Position numbers and translations under genes: made by a program. A DNA stretch of 57,734 nucleotides from a bacterium (lineage in GTDB: Bacteria; Joyebacterota; Joyebacteria; Joyebacterales; Joyebacteraceae), in the NCBI GenBank assembly GCA_025774545.1, contig JALGVU010000002.1:1-57734 (forward strand). Reading direction: 5' to 3'. Under the pieces are notes generated by a model that did no database searches, was not told where the DNA came from, and saw only the letters and a list, made by a program, of their open reading frames with translations. The first letter of the stretch is position 1. Each line of letters starts with the position of its first letter. This document shows positions 27,655 to 37,394 of the stretch, piece by piece.

Positions 27655-27823
27655 GTGTGCTCCTGCCTCCCTCGCTTCGGTTGTTTCCTCCGCGGCGTTC
27701 AACCCGACGCCGGCCGCCGCGACGCCCTCGCGCCCCCGGCGGACCCCCGACCTCGGTCCGGCCGCGTGTGTGATTCCTCCACGCGCCTGCGCCCGAATCG
27801 GCGCGCGCGTGGGGATCGAACTC

Positions 27824-28213
<390 letters not shown>

Positions 28214-28273
28214 TGACGAACTCCTTCGACGTTCTCGCCTGACTGCTCACCGGACGCGTCGTCCCGGCGTCCG

Positions 28274-28702
28274 CTAGAGCCCGATCGACTCAGGCTTCTG
28301 CGCCTGGTGAGGATGCTCGGGCCCCCCGTACACGCGGAGCTTCTTGAGCATCTTCCGTCCGAGCTTGTTCTTGGGCAGCATGCCCTTGATGGCGCGCTTG
28401 ACGACCTCCTGCGGCCTCGTCTTCATGAGCTTGCTCGCGGAGAGGTACCTCGCGCCCCCGGGATAGCCGCTGTGGCTGAAGTAGGTCTTGGTCTGAATCT
28501 TCTTGCCCGTGACCTTGACCTTCGCGGCGTTCAGCACGATGACGAAGTCGCCCGTGTCCAGGTGAGGAGAGTAGTAGACCTTCCCCTTCCCTCGCAGGAG
28601 CGACGCCACCCTCGTGGCCAGCCTCCCGAGGATCTGCCCGTCGGCGTCGATCACGTAGTGACGCCGCTCGATCTCGGATGGCTTCGTGACGTGTGTCGGC
28701 AT
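28274..28702 (-). CDS. rplM: 50S ribosomal protein L13
   Basis: GGAGG RBS and ATG at 28702. WYVIDA-type N-terminus (RRHYVIDADGQILGRLA) and ...YFSHSGYPGG. Confidence 0.95.
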   Translation of the reverse strand: MPTHVTKPSEIERRHYVIDADGQILGRLATRVASLLRGKGKVYYSPHLDTGDFVIVLNAAKVKVTGKKIQTKTYFSHSGYPGGARYLSASKLMKTRPQEVVKRAIKGMLPKNKLGRKMLKKLRVYGGPEHPHQAQKPESIGL

Positions 28703-28842
28703 GAAACAACCTCCAACTTCTCGATTTCTCATCGGGCCGCGCCTGAGAAGCACGGCCGACCGGGGGGACGTCTCTTGAGCGCAGACGTCGCCGGGGCACA
28801 GCCCCCCCCACGAGGCCGCGTTCCTTGCGGTCAAGACCTCTC

Positions 28843-28871
28843 AGTTTAGTGGCAACCGGGATACCTGTCAA
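28843..28871 (-). promoter_or_regulatory. Sigma70-type promoter of rplM-rpsI
   Basis: Minus strand reads TTGACA (28871-28866), N17, TAAACT (28848-28843). The -35 box overlaps the mtnA stop codon. The predicted 5'UTR is ~135 nt. Confidence 0.55.
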
Positions 28872-29926
28872 GCCTTACTCGCTCGAGGCCGTGCAAAAAG
28901 CGAGTTCTCGTAGGGCGCCCGGAAGACCCCCACGTCGGTCACGATGGCCTCAACCAGCCGCGCGGGTGTCACGTCGAAGGCCGGATTCCACGCGCGCACC
29001 CCGGCGGGGGCCGTCCGGACCCCCTGGACGGCCGTCACCTCCTCGGCCGCCCGCTCCTCGATCGGTATCTCGCCGCCGCCCGGAAGCGACGGATCGAGGG
29101 TCGAGTAGGGCGCCGCGACGTAGAACGGAATCCCGTGCTCGCGCGCGGCGAGGGCCACCGGATAGGTGCCGATCTTGTTTGCGACGTCGCCGTTCCGCGC
29201 GATCCGGTCGGCGCCGACGAGCACCTTGTCGACCCAGCCCCTGGCCATGGCCGACGCCGCCGCGCTGTCCACGAGAAGGGTGACGTCGATCCCACGTTGC
29301 ATGAGCTCCCACGTCGTGAGCCGCGCGCCCTGGAGGAGCGGTCGCGTCTCGTCGACGAACACCCGGACGTTCTTCCCCTGCTCGACCGCCGCGTAGATGA
29401 CGGCGAGCGCCGTTCCGTACTCCGCGGTCGCGAGTCCTCCCGCGTTGCAGTGCGTCAGGACCCCGTCGCCGTCATCGATCAACGCGGCGCCGTTCGCGCC
29501 GATCCGCCGGGAGAGCTCCCGGTCCTCCTCGAGGATCGCGAGCGACTCCTGCACGAGCCCGTCGCGCACGGCGTCGGGCGCGCCCAGAGACGGATCGTCG
29601 AGAACCCCAAGCATGCGATCGACGGCCCACCGGAGATTGACGGCCGTCGGTCTCGTCGACGCGAGTTCGTCCGCCGCGCGCCGCACGTCTCCGCGCAGCG
29701 CGTCGATCGAGCCCCCGCTAGCGAGCGCCGCGAGCGCGATGCCCAGTGCCGCGGCGACACCGATCGCCGGAGCGCCCCGGACCTCCAGACGGCGAATGCT
29801 CTCAGCGATCTCGCGGTAGTCGGCGATCTCCTTCAACACGAGCTCGTGGGGCAGCCTCGTCTGATCGATCAGCCGGACCCGGTCGCCCAGCCACTCGATG
29901 GTCCTCGGATGTCGTTCGGATGTCAT
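28868..29926 (-). CDS. mtnA: S-methyl-5-thioribose-1-phosphate isomerase (eIF-2B alpha/beta/delta-like family)
   Basis: IEWLGDRVRLIDQTRLPHE..., LEVRGAPAIGVAAA, THCNAG, ...VGADRIARNGDVANKIGT. ATG at 29926; the ORF-track N-terminal extension is Arg-rich. Confidence 0.8.
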   Translation of the reverse strand: MTSERHPRTIEWLGDRVRLIDQTRLPHELVLKEIADYREIAESIRRLEVRGAPAIGVAAALGIALAALASGGSIDALRGDVRRAADELASTRPTAVNLRWAVDRMLGVLDDPSLGAPDAVRDGLVQESLAILEEDRELSRRIGANGAALIDDGDGVLTHCNAGGLATAEYGTALAVIYAAVEQGKNVRVFVDETRPLLQGARLTTWELMQRGIDVTLLVDSAAASAMARGWVDKVLVGADRIARNGDVANKIGTYPVALAAREHGIPFYVAAPYSTLDPSLPGGGEIPIEERAAEEVTAVQGVRTAPAGVRAWNPAFDVTPARLVEAIVTDVGVFRAPYENSLFARPRASKA

Positions 29927-30012
29927 CGTCGTCCCCTTCGAATCCGGCCCGGTCCCGTCCCGAACACGGGGCTCGCGTTCCGCGCCTGTCCTGAGCCGGC
30001 CGCCTTCCGCGC

Positions 30013-30630
30013 CTACGCCGAGCCGCCCGGCGTCCCGCGCAGCTCCTCGAGGGCCCGGCAGAGCCGGGCGACCGGAAGACCCACGACGTTGTAGAAGCAG
30101 CCGTCGACGCGCTCCACCACGGCGGCGCCGCACTCCTGGATTCCGTAGGACCCGGCCTTGTCGAGGGGCTCTCCGCCCCCGACGTACTCGCGGATCTCCT
30201 CGTCCCCGAGACGACGCACGAGAACGCGCGTGGTCTCGACGGCGGAGACCCGAGCACGGTCCGAGCACCGGACCACCGTGAGCCCGGTCAGCACCTCGTG
30301 CCATCGCCCGGACAGCCTTCCGAGCATCTCGATCGCTTCCTCGGGACCGGCCGGTTTTCCAAGAAGGGTCCCGTCGATCAGCACGGCCGTGTCGGCGCCG
30401 AGCACCGTCCCTCGGTCGTGCCGCCCGGCCACCACGAGCGCCTTCTCGCGCGAGAGCCTCGCGACGTGCTCCCCGGGATCCTCCCCGTCGCGCGCGAGCT
30501 CGACGATGCCCGGACGGTCGACGACGAAGTCGAGATCGAGCCCGGACAGGATCCGGTGCCGCCTGGGCGAGCTCGAGGCGAGTATGAACGGACGCTCGTC
30601 GACGAGCCCGCTCACGAGTCGACAGACCAC
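30013..30630 (-). CDS. maf: Maf-like nucleoside-triphosphate pyrophosphatase
   Basis: ILASSSPRR, ...GADTAV..., DKAGSYGIQ motifs. AAGGAG-N6-GTG start. Confidence 0.85.
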   Translation of the reverse strand: MVCRLVSGLVDERPFILASSSPRRHRILSGLDLDFVVDRPGIVELARDGEDPGEHVARLSREKALVVAGRHDRGTVLGADTAVLIDGTLLGKPAGPEEAIEMLGRLSGRWHEVLTGLTVVRCSDRARVSAVETTRVLVRRLGDEEIREYVGGGEPLDKAGSYGIQECGAAVVERVDGCFYNVVGLPVARLCRALEELRGTPGGSA

Positions 30631-30645
30631 CGCACGCTCCTTATC

Positions 30646-30710
30646 CGCGCAGCCCGACCTCGGACGCGCTCAGCCCGACCTCGGACGCGCTCGGCCCGAC
30701 CTCGGACGCG
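30646..30710. repeat. 21-nt tandem repeat x3 (GCCCGACCTCGGACGCGCTCR) spanning the dtd 3' end and the dtd-maf spacer
   Basis: Copies start at about 30652, 30673 and 30694. The dtd stop codon (TGA at 30670-30672) lies in the first copy, where the next copy has TCG on the plus strand. Confidence 0.85.
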
Positions 30711-31155
30711 TCCTCTCCTCGGAATCGAGGACGATGGTCACGGGGCCCTCGTTTTCGATCGAGACGACCATCATGGCGCCGAACTCACCGGTCGCGACGC
30801 GGACCCCGTCCGCCCGAAGGAGCTCCGCGAAGCGCTCGTAGAGCTCCTCCCCCAGCTCGGGCGGCGCCGCGCGGGTGAAGCTCGGGCGCCGACCCTTCCG
30901 GCAGTTCGCGAGGAGGGTGAACTGCGAAACGAGGAGGACCTCGCCTCCGATCTCGACGAGGGAGACGTTCATCTTCCCCGCGTCATCCTCGAAGATGCGA
31001 AGCTCCTCGATCTTGCCGGCGAGCCAGCGGACGTCCGCGTCGGAGTCTCCCTGGGCGACGCCGAGGAGCACGACGAGGCCGCGTCCGATCTCGCCGACCT
31101 TCCTGCCGTCGATCGTCACGCGGCCGCTCGACACGCGCTGCAGCACGGCCTTCAT
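30670..31155 (-). CDS. dtd: D-aminoacyl-tRNA deacylase
   Basis: [17 protein letters not shown]..., SQFTLLA motif, 161 aa. Its ATG overlaps the rel stop (ATGA). Confidence 0.92.
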   Translation of the reverse strand: MKAVLQRVSSGRVTIDGRKVGEIGRGLVVLLGVAQGDSDADVRWLAGKIEELRIFEDDAGKMNVSLVEIGGEVLLVSQFTLLANCRKGRRPSFTRAAPPELGEELYERFAELLRADGVRVATGEFGAMMVVSIENEGPVTIVLDSEERTRPRSGRARPRSG

Positions 31156-33308
31156 CGCACTCCGTTCTCCCCGTCGTGCTCCCGCACGGACCGGCGGCGC
31201 TCGACGCTTCGCACGCCCTTGAGACTCGCGATCACCTTGATGAGCTTCTTGAGCCGGTGGAGGTTGCCGACGGCGACACGGAATCGCGCTATGACGAGGC
31301 CGTCCTCGGTGGTCATCGACGCACCGGTGACGTCGACGCCCTCGTCGACGATCGTCTTCGACACGTCGGCCAGGAAGCTCTGCCTCATGTTGCCCTTCAC
31401 GATGAAACTCGCCGGGAAGGTCTGACGCTCGCCGACGTCCCAGTCGACCGTCATCTTGTGCTGGCGATCGATGTCTGGGCCGAACGTGTTCGGGCAGTCG
31501 ACCCTGTGCACCGATATGCCCCGTCCGCGCGTGATGATCCCGACGATCTGATCGCCCGGCAGGGGCTGGCAGCACTTCGCGAAGCTGACCATGAGGTCTC
31601 CCACGCCCTCGATCCTCACGCCCGCGTCGGGACGCCGCACCTTTCTCGTGATGCGCTCGACGATCCGCGAACCGCGCGAACCGGCCGGCCGGAGCTTCCG
31701 CGCGAGCTCGCCGACGGCGACGTCGCCGCGCCCGACGGCGGCGATCAGCTCCTGCGCGCCGTCGAGCCCAAAGCTCTGCGCCACGTCATCGAGCGAGACG
31801 TCGGCCGCCTTCGCGCCGAGCCTCTTCACCTCGCGGTCGATGACCCGGCGTCCGAGGACGACGCTCTCGGCGTCGGCCTGCTGTCTGAGGTGGTGCCGGA
31901 TCTTGCCCCTGGCGCGCGAGCTGACGACCGTGCCGAGCCAGTCGCGGCTCGGGTGCGCCGATTCCGAGGTCATGATCTCGACCGTGTCGCCGCTCCTGAG
32001 CTCGTGTTTGAGCGACACGAGTCGTCCGTCGACCTTCGCGCCGGCACAGTGCGTCCCGACGTCCGAGTGGATGGCGTACGCGAAGTCGATCGGCGTCGCT
32101 CCCTTCGGAAGGTGCTTCAGGTCGCCGTTCGGCGTGAAGACGAAGATCTCGTCCCGATAGAGATCGACCTTGAGGGACTCGAGGAACTCGTCGGCCTCCG
32201 TCACGTCGACGTTGCCCTCGAGGAGCTGCCGCACCCAGGCGAGCCTCCTGCGAAGTTCCTCGTCGCCCGGCCTCCCCTCCTTGTACGACCAGTGCGCGGC
32301 GATCCCGATCTCCGCCAGCTCGTGCATCTCCCGCGTGCGGATCTGGATCTCGACCATCCTCCCGCGCGGCCCCACGACGGTCGTGTGAAGCGCGCGGTAG
32401 CCGTTCATCTTCGGCGCCGCGATGTAGTCCTTGAATCGATCGTGCACCGGCGTGAAGAGCGTGTGGACGAGGCCGAGCACGCGGTAGCATTCTCCGACGT
32501 CCTCGGTGATGATGCGAGTCGCGATGAGGTCGTAGATCTCCTCGAAGTCCTTCTCCCGCGTCACCATCTTCCTGTGAATGCTCGAGAGGTGCTTCGCCCT
32601 TCCCGAGATGCCCGCCGTCAGCCCGTCGCGCCCGAGCCTCTCCCGGATCGGGGCCGTGATCTCCTCGATGTAGGCCTCACGCTCGTCGCGCGTCCCGGCG
32701 ATGCTCTCGCTCAAGTCCCGGTACGCCTCGGGCTCGAGCCACCCGAAGGCGAGATCCTCGAGCTCGCGCTGGATCCGCGCCATGCCGAACCGCCCGGCAA
32801 GCGGCGCGTAGATGTCCCGAGTCTCGCGCGAGATTCTGTCGATCTGCTCGTCCCTGAGATAGGAGATGGTGCGCATATTGTGGAGGCGGTCGGCGAGCTT
32901 GATGAGGATGACGCGGACGTCCTTCACCACGGAGAGGAGCATCTTGCGGAAGTTCTCCGCCTGCTCGCGCTCCCGGCTCTCGAACTTGAGGCCCGTGATC
33001 TTGGTGACCCCGTTGACCAGCTCGGCGACCTCGTCGCCGAACTCCGCGGCCACGTCGGCGACGTCGATGTCGCCCTCCTCGATGGCGTCGTGCAGAAGCC
33101 CGGCGACCACCGTCGCCGTGTCCAGCTCGAGGCACGCGAGGATCTTCGCCACCTCCTCGACGTGCACAATGAACGGATCGCCGGACTTCCTGAGCTGCCC
33201 CTCGTGGACGCGCGCGGAGAAGCCGTGCGCTCGCTCGACGACGTCGACCGCGAGCTTCGGATCGATCTTGAGGAGACCCTGAGCGAATTCGGTGGCCGTC
33301 ATGGGCAT
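31152..33308 (-). CDS. rel: Bifunctional (p)ppGpp synthetase/hydrolase (RelA/SpoT homologue)
   Basis: HD hydrolase domain (HVEEVA...LLHDAIED-like), synthetase block (YRALHTTV), and TGS and ACT-like C-terminal regions. 718 aa. Confidence 0.93.
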   Translation of the reverse strand: MPMTATEFAQGLLKIDPKLAVDVVERAHGFSARVHEGQLRKSGDPFIVHVEEVAKILACLELDTATVVAGLLHDAIEEGDIDVADVAAEFGDEVAELVNGVTKITGLKFESREREQAENFRKMLLSVVKDVRVILIKLADRLHNMRTISYLRDEQIDRISRETRDIYAPLAGRFGMARIQRELEDLAFGWLEPEAYRDLSESIAGTRDEREAYIEEITAPIRERLGRDGLTAGISGRAKHLSSIHRKMVTREKDFEEIYDLIATRIITEDVGECYRVLGLVHTLFTPVHDRFKDYIAAPKMNGYRALHTTVVGPRGRMVEIQIRTREMHELAEIGIAAHWSYKEGRPGDEELRRRLAWVRQLLEGNVDVTEADEFLESLKVDLYRDEIFVFTPNGDLKHLPKGATPIDFAYAIHSDVGTHCAGAKVDGRLVSLKHELRSGDTVEIMTSESAHPSRDWLGTVVSSRARGKIRHHLRQQADAESVVLGRRVIDREVKRLGAKAADVSLDDVAQSFGLDGAQELIAAVGRGDVAVGELARKLRPAGSRGSRIVERITRKVRRPDAGVRIEGVGDLMVSFAKCCQPLPGDQIVGIITRGRGISVHRVDCPNTFGPDIDRQHKMTVDWDVGERQTFPASFIVKGNMRQSFLADVSKTIVDEGVDVTGASMTTEDGLVIARFRVAVGNLHRLKKLIKVIASLKGVRSVERRRSVREHDGENGVR

Positions 33309-33357
33309 TGGTGAGGCGGGACGCCCTGCGCCGGGCGTGTGCGGGCCGGGCGATCCG

Positions 33358-35064
33358 TCAGTACTCCTCCGGCTGTACGTCCTTGAGCCTGAGTTGCAGG
33401 TCGGTCACGCCGCGCCACGTGTTCTCCTCGAGCACGTAGGCCGCGGCGATCATGCCGCCGCTCCCCCTGAGCTCATCGAGTGAGTCGGCCATACCGAAGC
33501 CGATGGCGTCGATGGTGCGATCGCCCTGCGCGACCGTCATCTTGAGGTGTCCGTTGCCGACGATCTTCGCCGCGATCAGTTTGAGATCGTGCGTCCCGAA
33601 GACCGGCTCCGGGTTGCCGGCGCCGAACGGGCGCATGGGCTTCATGTCGTTGACGAGATCGAAACTGCACTGGTCGAGCGAGATGAGCGCGTCGACGGCG
33701 ACCACGGGGATCAGGTCCTCGGGCGTGAGGACCCTCGAGACCGCCTCCTCGACGCAGTCCCTGAACTCCGGGAGCCTCTCCTCCGGCAGCGACACGCCGG
33801 CGGCGTGCATGTGTCCGCCGAAGCTGTCGAGGCAGTGCCGGCACTCCGCCAGCGCGGAGTGGAGATCGAAGCCCGGGATGCTCCTCCCCGAGCCCTTGGA
33901 CATGCCGTCGGTGACCGAGAGCAGCACCGTCGGGCGATGGTACTGCTTCGCGATGCGCGAGGCGACGATGCCGATCACTCCGGGGTGCCAGCCGGACGAC
34001 CAGAGCACGATCGAGCGACGCCGGCCGAGATCGAACGACGTCTCGATCTCGTTCGTGGCGTCCTTGAGGACGTCGAACTCCAGATCGCGTCTCTTCTTGT
34101 TCTCCCTGTCGAGCTTCATCGCGATCCGCGTCGCCGTCTCGGCGTCCTGCGTCGTGAGGAGTTCGACGCCGATCGACGCGTCCCCGAGCCGCCCCGCGGC
34201 GTTCAGCCGCGGCCCAAGGGCGAAGCCGATGTGCGTCGCGCGGGCCTCGACGGGCTCGACCTTCGCTATCTCCATGAGGGCACGGAGCCCGTGGTTCGTC
34301 GTGTTCCGGAGCCTCTCGAGCCCGAGCGAGGCGAGGATGCGGTTCTCGGACGTGAGCGGCACGATGTCCGCGACCGTGCCGACCGCCACGAGGTCGAGGT
34401 TCTCCTCGACCGTGTACGCGACGTCTCGGTATTCGCGGGCGAGCGCCTGCATCACCTTGAACGCGACGCCGACGCCCGCGAGGTCCTTGTAGGGGTACTT
34501 GGAGTCGTTCCGTTTGGGATCGACGACGCCGACCGCATCGGGCAGCGTGTCCTGCGCTTCGTGGTGGTCGGTGACGATGACGTCGATGCCAAGCCGGCGC
34601 GCCGCCTCGATCTCCTTGTGACCCGTCACGCCGCTGTCGACCGTGACGATGAGGCTCGCGCCTTGGTCCTTGGCAGCGTGCACGCCCTTCTCGGAGAGTC
34701 CGTACCCCTCGTGGAGGCGGTTCGGGATGTAGAACCCGACCCTGAGTCCCGCGGCCTCGAGACAGCGCTTGACGAGGACGATCGAGGTGATCCCGTCGAC
34801 GTCGTAGTCGCCGCAGACGAACACCGCCTCGTCGTTCCGGACCGCGTGGCGAAGGCGATCGAGCACCTCTCCGATGTCGGGAAGAAGCAGCGGGTCGTGA
34901 AGCCCGGACCGGTCGGGATTGAGGAAGGAACGGGCCTCACCGGTGGTTCCGACACCGTGACTCACGAGGACCTGGGCGAACGCGGCCCGCACACCGAGGT
35001 CCGTCGCGAGCAGCGACGCTCGGTCCTTCGCGGCCTCATCCGGAACCTGCCACCTGCGCCTCAC
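33358..35064 (-). CDS. recJ: Single-stranded-DNA-specific exonuclease RecJ
   Basis: DHH motifs (VCGDYDVDGITS, TVDSG, VIVTDHH) and a DHHA1 region (GGHMHAAG). 568 aa. Confidence 0.92.
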   Translation of the reverse strand: MRRRWQVPDEAAKDRASLLATDLGVRAAFAQVLVSHGVGTTGEARSFLNPDRSGLHDPLLLPDIGEVLDRLRHAVRNDEAVFVCGDYDVDGITSIVLVKRCLEAAGLRVGFYIPNRLHEGYGLSEKGVHAAKDQGASLIVTVDSGVTGHKEIEAARRLGIDVIVTDHHEAQDTLPDAVGVVDPKRNDSKYPYKDLAGVGVAFKVMQALAREYRDVAYTVEENLDLVAVGTVADIVPLTSENRILASLGLERLRNTTNHGLRALMEIAKVEPVEARATHIGFALGPRLNAAGRLGDASIGVELLTTQDAETATRIAMKLDRENKKRRDLEFDVLKDATNEIETSFDLGRRRSIVLWSSGWHPGVIGIVASRIAKQYHRPTVLLSVTDGMSKGSGRSIPGFDLHSALAECRHCLDSFGGHMHAAGVSLPEERLPEFRDCVEEAVSRVLTPEDLIPVVAVDALISLDQCSFDLVNDMKPMRPFGAGNPEPVFGTHDLKLIAAKIVGNGHLKMTVAQGDRTIDAIGFGMADSLDELRGSGGMIAAAYVLEENTWRGVTDLQLRLKDVQPEEY

Positions 35065-35165
35065 GCCCCCCCCATTCTCTCACCTCGCCGCCCCGCGGAG
35101 CGCGGCGGCGCATCGAGCGGCGCCGGTCGAGCCGGCGCCTGTTGACGTCGCGTCCTCCGGGATCT

Positions 35166-35538
35166 GGAGCAGACCGTAAGCCGAGTTCTGTCGGAAGGCA
35201 GGCCTTCCGCAGCGGTCATTCATCTGGGACGCGGATTGCTCCGCGCCTCGAGCGACCTACCCGAGAGTCATAGCGAGGCGGGCCACCTCTCCTCTCCTAC
35301 TTGGTCTCGCTCCGGGTGGGGTTTACCAAGCTGCCCCCGTCGCCGAGAGCACTGGTGAGCTCTTACCTCACCTTTTCACCCTTGCCGGGAGCCCGTCGCC
35401 GGGCCCCTTAGGCGGTTTCCCTCTCTGTGGCACTTTCCTTAGGATCACTCCCACTGGGCGTTACCCAGCACCCTGCCCTACGGAGCTCGGACTTTCCTCA
35501 GGGCGGCAGAGCCGCCCCGCGACCGCCTGGTCTCCTCC
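35166..35538 (-). ncRNA. rnpB: RNase P RNA, bacterial type A
   Basis: Minus strand contains GAGGAAAGUCCGAGCUCCGUAGGGCAGGGUGCUGGGUAACGCCCAG, ...ACAGAGAGGGAAACCGCC..., GGUAAGAGCUCACC, GGUAAACCCCACCCGGAGC, and AGAUGAAUGACCGC...ACAGAACUCGGCUUA. P1 pairs GGAGGAGACC with GGUCUGCUCC. The ends are approximate to about 10 nt. Confidence 0.92.
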
Positions 35539-35590
35539 AGATCCCGCAAGACGCGCGCCCGCGCCTCGCGGCGCCCTACACCATCGAGCC

Positions 35591-36223
35591 CTACGCGTCA
35601 CCGCCGACGGACCCCGCGGGACGTGCCCGGGCCCCCATCTTCGCCAGCGCGTCGGCTCGTTTGTTCTCCTCCCTCGGTATCGTCTCGAACCTCACGTGGT
35701 CGAGCTGTGCCAGAAGCTGCTCCACACGAAGATAGGCGTCGATCAGCTTCGGGTCCCTCACTCTGTAGCGTCCCGTCAGCTGGTTCGCGACGAGTTCGCT
35801 GTCAGTCCGGACCACGATGCGGCGCGCCCCGAGCGCGATCGCCCGCGCGATGCCGATTCGCACGGCCTCGTACTCCGCCACGTTGTTGGTCCGGACTCCG
35901 AGGTGCTCGTGCACCTCGTCGATGACCTCACCGTCCGACGTCGCGATCACGGCTCCGGCTCCGGCGGCGCCGGGGTTTCCGAGCGACGCGCCGTCCGTGT
36001 GGATCACGAACTCGGTCGACGCTCTCGCGCCGACGCTCGCCTCCTGCGACGGTGCGGCGGGCGTCGCGAAATCGTAGACCGAGCCGACCGCGCCCGCGAA
36101 GCGCGCGACGCTCTCGAGGAAGCTCCTCGCGCGCGCCTCGGGAAGCCCCGCCGCCCGAGCGGCGTCGGTCCAGGGAGCGCCGTCGATCAGGGCGCGAACG
36201 AATCGCTCTTCCTTCCTACCCAT
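35591..36223 (-). CDS. rnhA: RNase H (type 1) family protein with a ~70-aa N-terminal extension
   Basis: IHTDGASLGNPGAAGAGAVI..., TNNVAEYEAV, VRTDSELV, ...REENKRADALA catalytic DEDD-type layout. The ATG overlaps the upstream stop by 8 nt. Confidence 0.8.
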   Translation of the reverse strand: MGRKEERFVRALIDGAPWTDAARAAGLPEARARSFLESVARFAGAVGSVYDFATPAAPSQEASVGARASTEFVIHTDGASLGNPGAAGAGAVIATSDGEVIDEVHEHLGVRTNNVAEYEAVRIGIARAIALGARRIVVRTDSELVANQLTGRYRVRDPKLIDAYLRVEQLLAQLDHVRFETIPREENKRADALAKMGARARPAGSVGGDA

Positions 36224-36941
36224 CGTCGCGCTCCAGTCGCCAGTACAGGATCCTCCCGCACCCGTCGCACTGGATGAGCCTGTCGGATCGCTTCACCTCG
36301 ATGATGGCCTGCGGCGGCAGCGTCACGTAACACCCCCGGCACGCTCCGCCCTCCACGGAGACGACGGCGCAATCGCCCTTGCTCGCCAGGATTCGTTCGT
36401 AGCGCGCGAGGGTCACCTTGTCGACGTGCATCGCGACGCGCACTCTCTCGTCACGCTTGACGGCGAGCGCGTCGATCAGACGAGTGAACTCGGCCTTGAG
36501 CTCGCCGACCTTCCGCTCGACCTCGGCCGTCTCGCTCGCAGCCGCCTCCTTGGCGGCAGCGAGTGCGCTCGTCTGACGCTCCAGGTCCTCCATCAACTCG
36601 AGGATCGCGTCCTCGGTGCTCGCGATCTCGTTGTCCGCGAACGTGATCTCGTGCGACAGGGCGGCGTACTCCTCGTTGGTCTTGATCATGAGCTGCTTCG
36701 CCTTGAGGTCGTTGAGCCGGACCGTCTGGTCCTCGAGATCCCTCTCCAGATGCTGTCGCCTCTTCCTCCCCTCCTCGAGCCCCTGCTCCCGCTCAGCCAC
36801 GTCGGCCCGCGCCCTCTCCTTCTCCTCCTCGAGCTCGCTCATCTCATCGGGCAGCCGCTCCTCGTCGCTCTCGAGCTCGGAGAGCGTGAGGTCGATCTCC
36901 TGGAGTCTCAGGAGCAGTTCGAGTTGCTCAAGCACGTGCAA
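36216..36941 (-). CDS. Coiled-coil protein with a C-terminal C4 zinc ribbon (COG1579-type)
   Basis: Long heptad-rich region, then CRGCYVTLPPQ...IQCDGCGRILY. Pairing of this gene with RNase H is the arrangement known from actinobacteria. The start is either the TTG at 36941 or the GTG at 36935. Confidence 0.8.
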   Translation of the reverse strand: MHVLEQLELLLRLQEIDLTLSELESDEERLPDEMSELEEEKERARADVAEREQGLEEGRKRRQHLERDLEDQTVRLNDLKAKQLMIKTNEEYAALSHEITFADNEIASTEDAILELMEDLERQTSALAAAKEAAASETAEVERKVGELKAEFTRLIDALAVKRDERVRVAMHVDKVTLARYERILASKGDCAVVSVEGGACRGCYVTLPPQAIIEVKRSDRLIQCDGCGRILYWRLERDDG

Positions 36942-36974
36942 TCCCCTTCACGAGGCGTCGTCCGCGCCCCGAGC

Positions 36975-37009
36975 CGCAAACAAGAGGTGTACCCGAAAGG
37001 GTACACCTC
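36975..37009 (-). terminator. Intrinsic terminator downstream of the tRNA-Met/tRNA-Val unit
   Basis: Perfect 11-bp stem GAGGUGUACCC/GGGUACACCUC with a 4-nt loop (36984-37009), followed on the minus strand by UUGUUUG. Confidence 0.6.
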
Positions 37010-37161
37010 GGTCGACTCGCACGCTCTGAATGCCGCGCCGGGTAGACGCCCAGCCTGGGCCCCCGGGGGCAGGAGTTCTTCAACCACACCATGATCCGTT
37101 CGCCCAACCTCCGGCATTCACCGTCGCTCTCCCGTGCGGGGCCGGCCTCGCCCGCGCGCCA

Positions 37162-37238
37162 TGGTGGGCGATACTGGATTCGAACCAGTGACCTCCGGTA
37201 TGTGAGACCGGCGCTCTAACCAACTGAGCCAATCGCCC
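37162..37238 (-). tRNA. tRNA-Val (anticodon CAC), CCA encoded
   Basis: Hand-folded cloverleaf: acceptor GGGCGAT/ATCGCCC, anticodon arm CCGGT-CTCACAT-ACCGG, T-arm ACTGG-TTCGAAT-CCAGT, then A-CCA. Confidence 0.93.
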
Positions 37239-37254
37239 CTTCTGCTTTCAAGGA

Positions 37255-37329
37255 TGGTGGGCCCACTCGGATTCGAACCAAGGACCTACGGATTATGAGT
37301 CCGCTGCTCTACCGCTGAGCTATGGGCCC
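37255..37329 (-). tRNA. tRNA with anticodon CAT (elongator Met; Ile2/lysidine type cannot be excluded), CCA encoded
   Basis: Acceptor GGGCCCA/TGGGCCC, anticodon loop CTCATAA, T-loop TTCGAAT. It is not initiator-like: positions 1:72 are paired and the anticodon stem lacks the GGG/CCC run. Confidence 0.9.
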
Positions 37330-37342
37330 GCGAATCCGCCGT

Positions 37343-37371
37343 AGTCTAGCACGACCCTACTGGGGTGTCAA
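37343..37371 (-). promoter_or_regulatory. Sigma70-type promoter of the tRNA-Met/tRNA-Val unit
   Basis: Minus strand reads TTGACA (37371-37366), N17, TAGACT (37348-37343). The -10 box ends 13 nt upstream of the mature tRNA-Met 5' end, between the rpoD stop and the tRNA. Confidence 0.6.
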
Positions 37372-37394
37372 CGGAGCGGCCGCGCGTGCGTGTG

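Noticed and set aside
27779-27812. GC-rich hairpins after rpsI (27779-27812), rnpB (35119-35139) and the orphan gene (9801-9822), considered as intrinsic terminators
   Set aside because: All three have stable stems, but none has a U-tract on the relevant strand. I cannot support them as terminators from sequence alone. Only the 36975-37009 element has both a stem and a U-run.
35427-35735. 102-aa plus ORF in the recJ-rnhA gap
   Set aside because: It lies on top of the RNase P RNA gene (minus strand), which explains the region completely.
36908-37117. 69-aa minus ORF between tRNA-Val and the zinc-ribbon gene
   Set aside because: It has no RBS, reads straight through the 11-bp terminator hairpin, and overlaps the next gene's start. 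It is most likely non-coding.
37010-37161. Possible SRP (4.5S) RNA, 6S RNA or third tRNA downstream of tRNA-Val
   Set aside because: There is no GGAAGGAAGCAGCC-type domain IV motif, no T-loop (GTTCRANYC), and no 6S-like bubble architecture. It is kept only as a low-interest 'structured spacer' finding.
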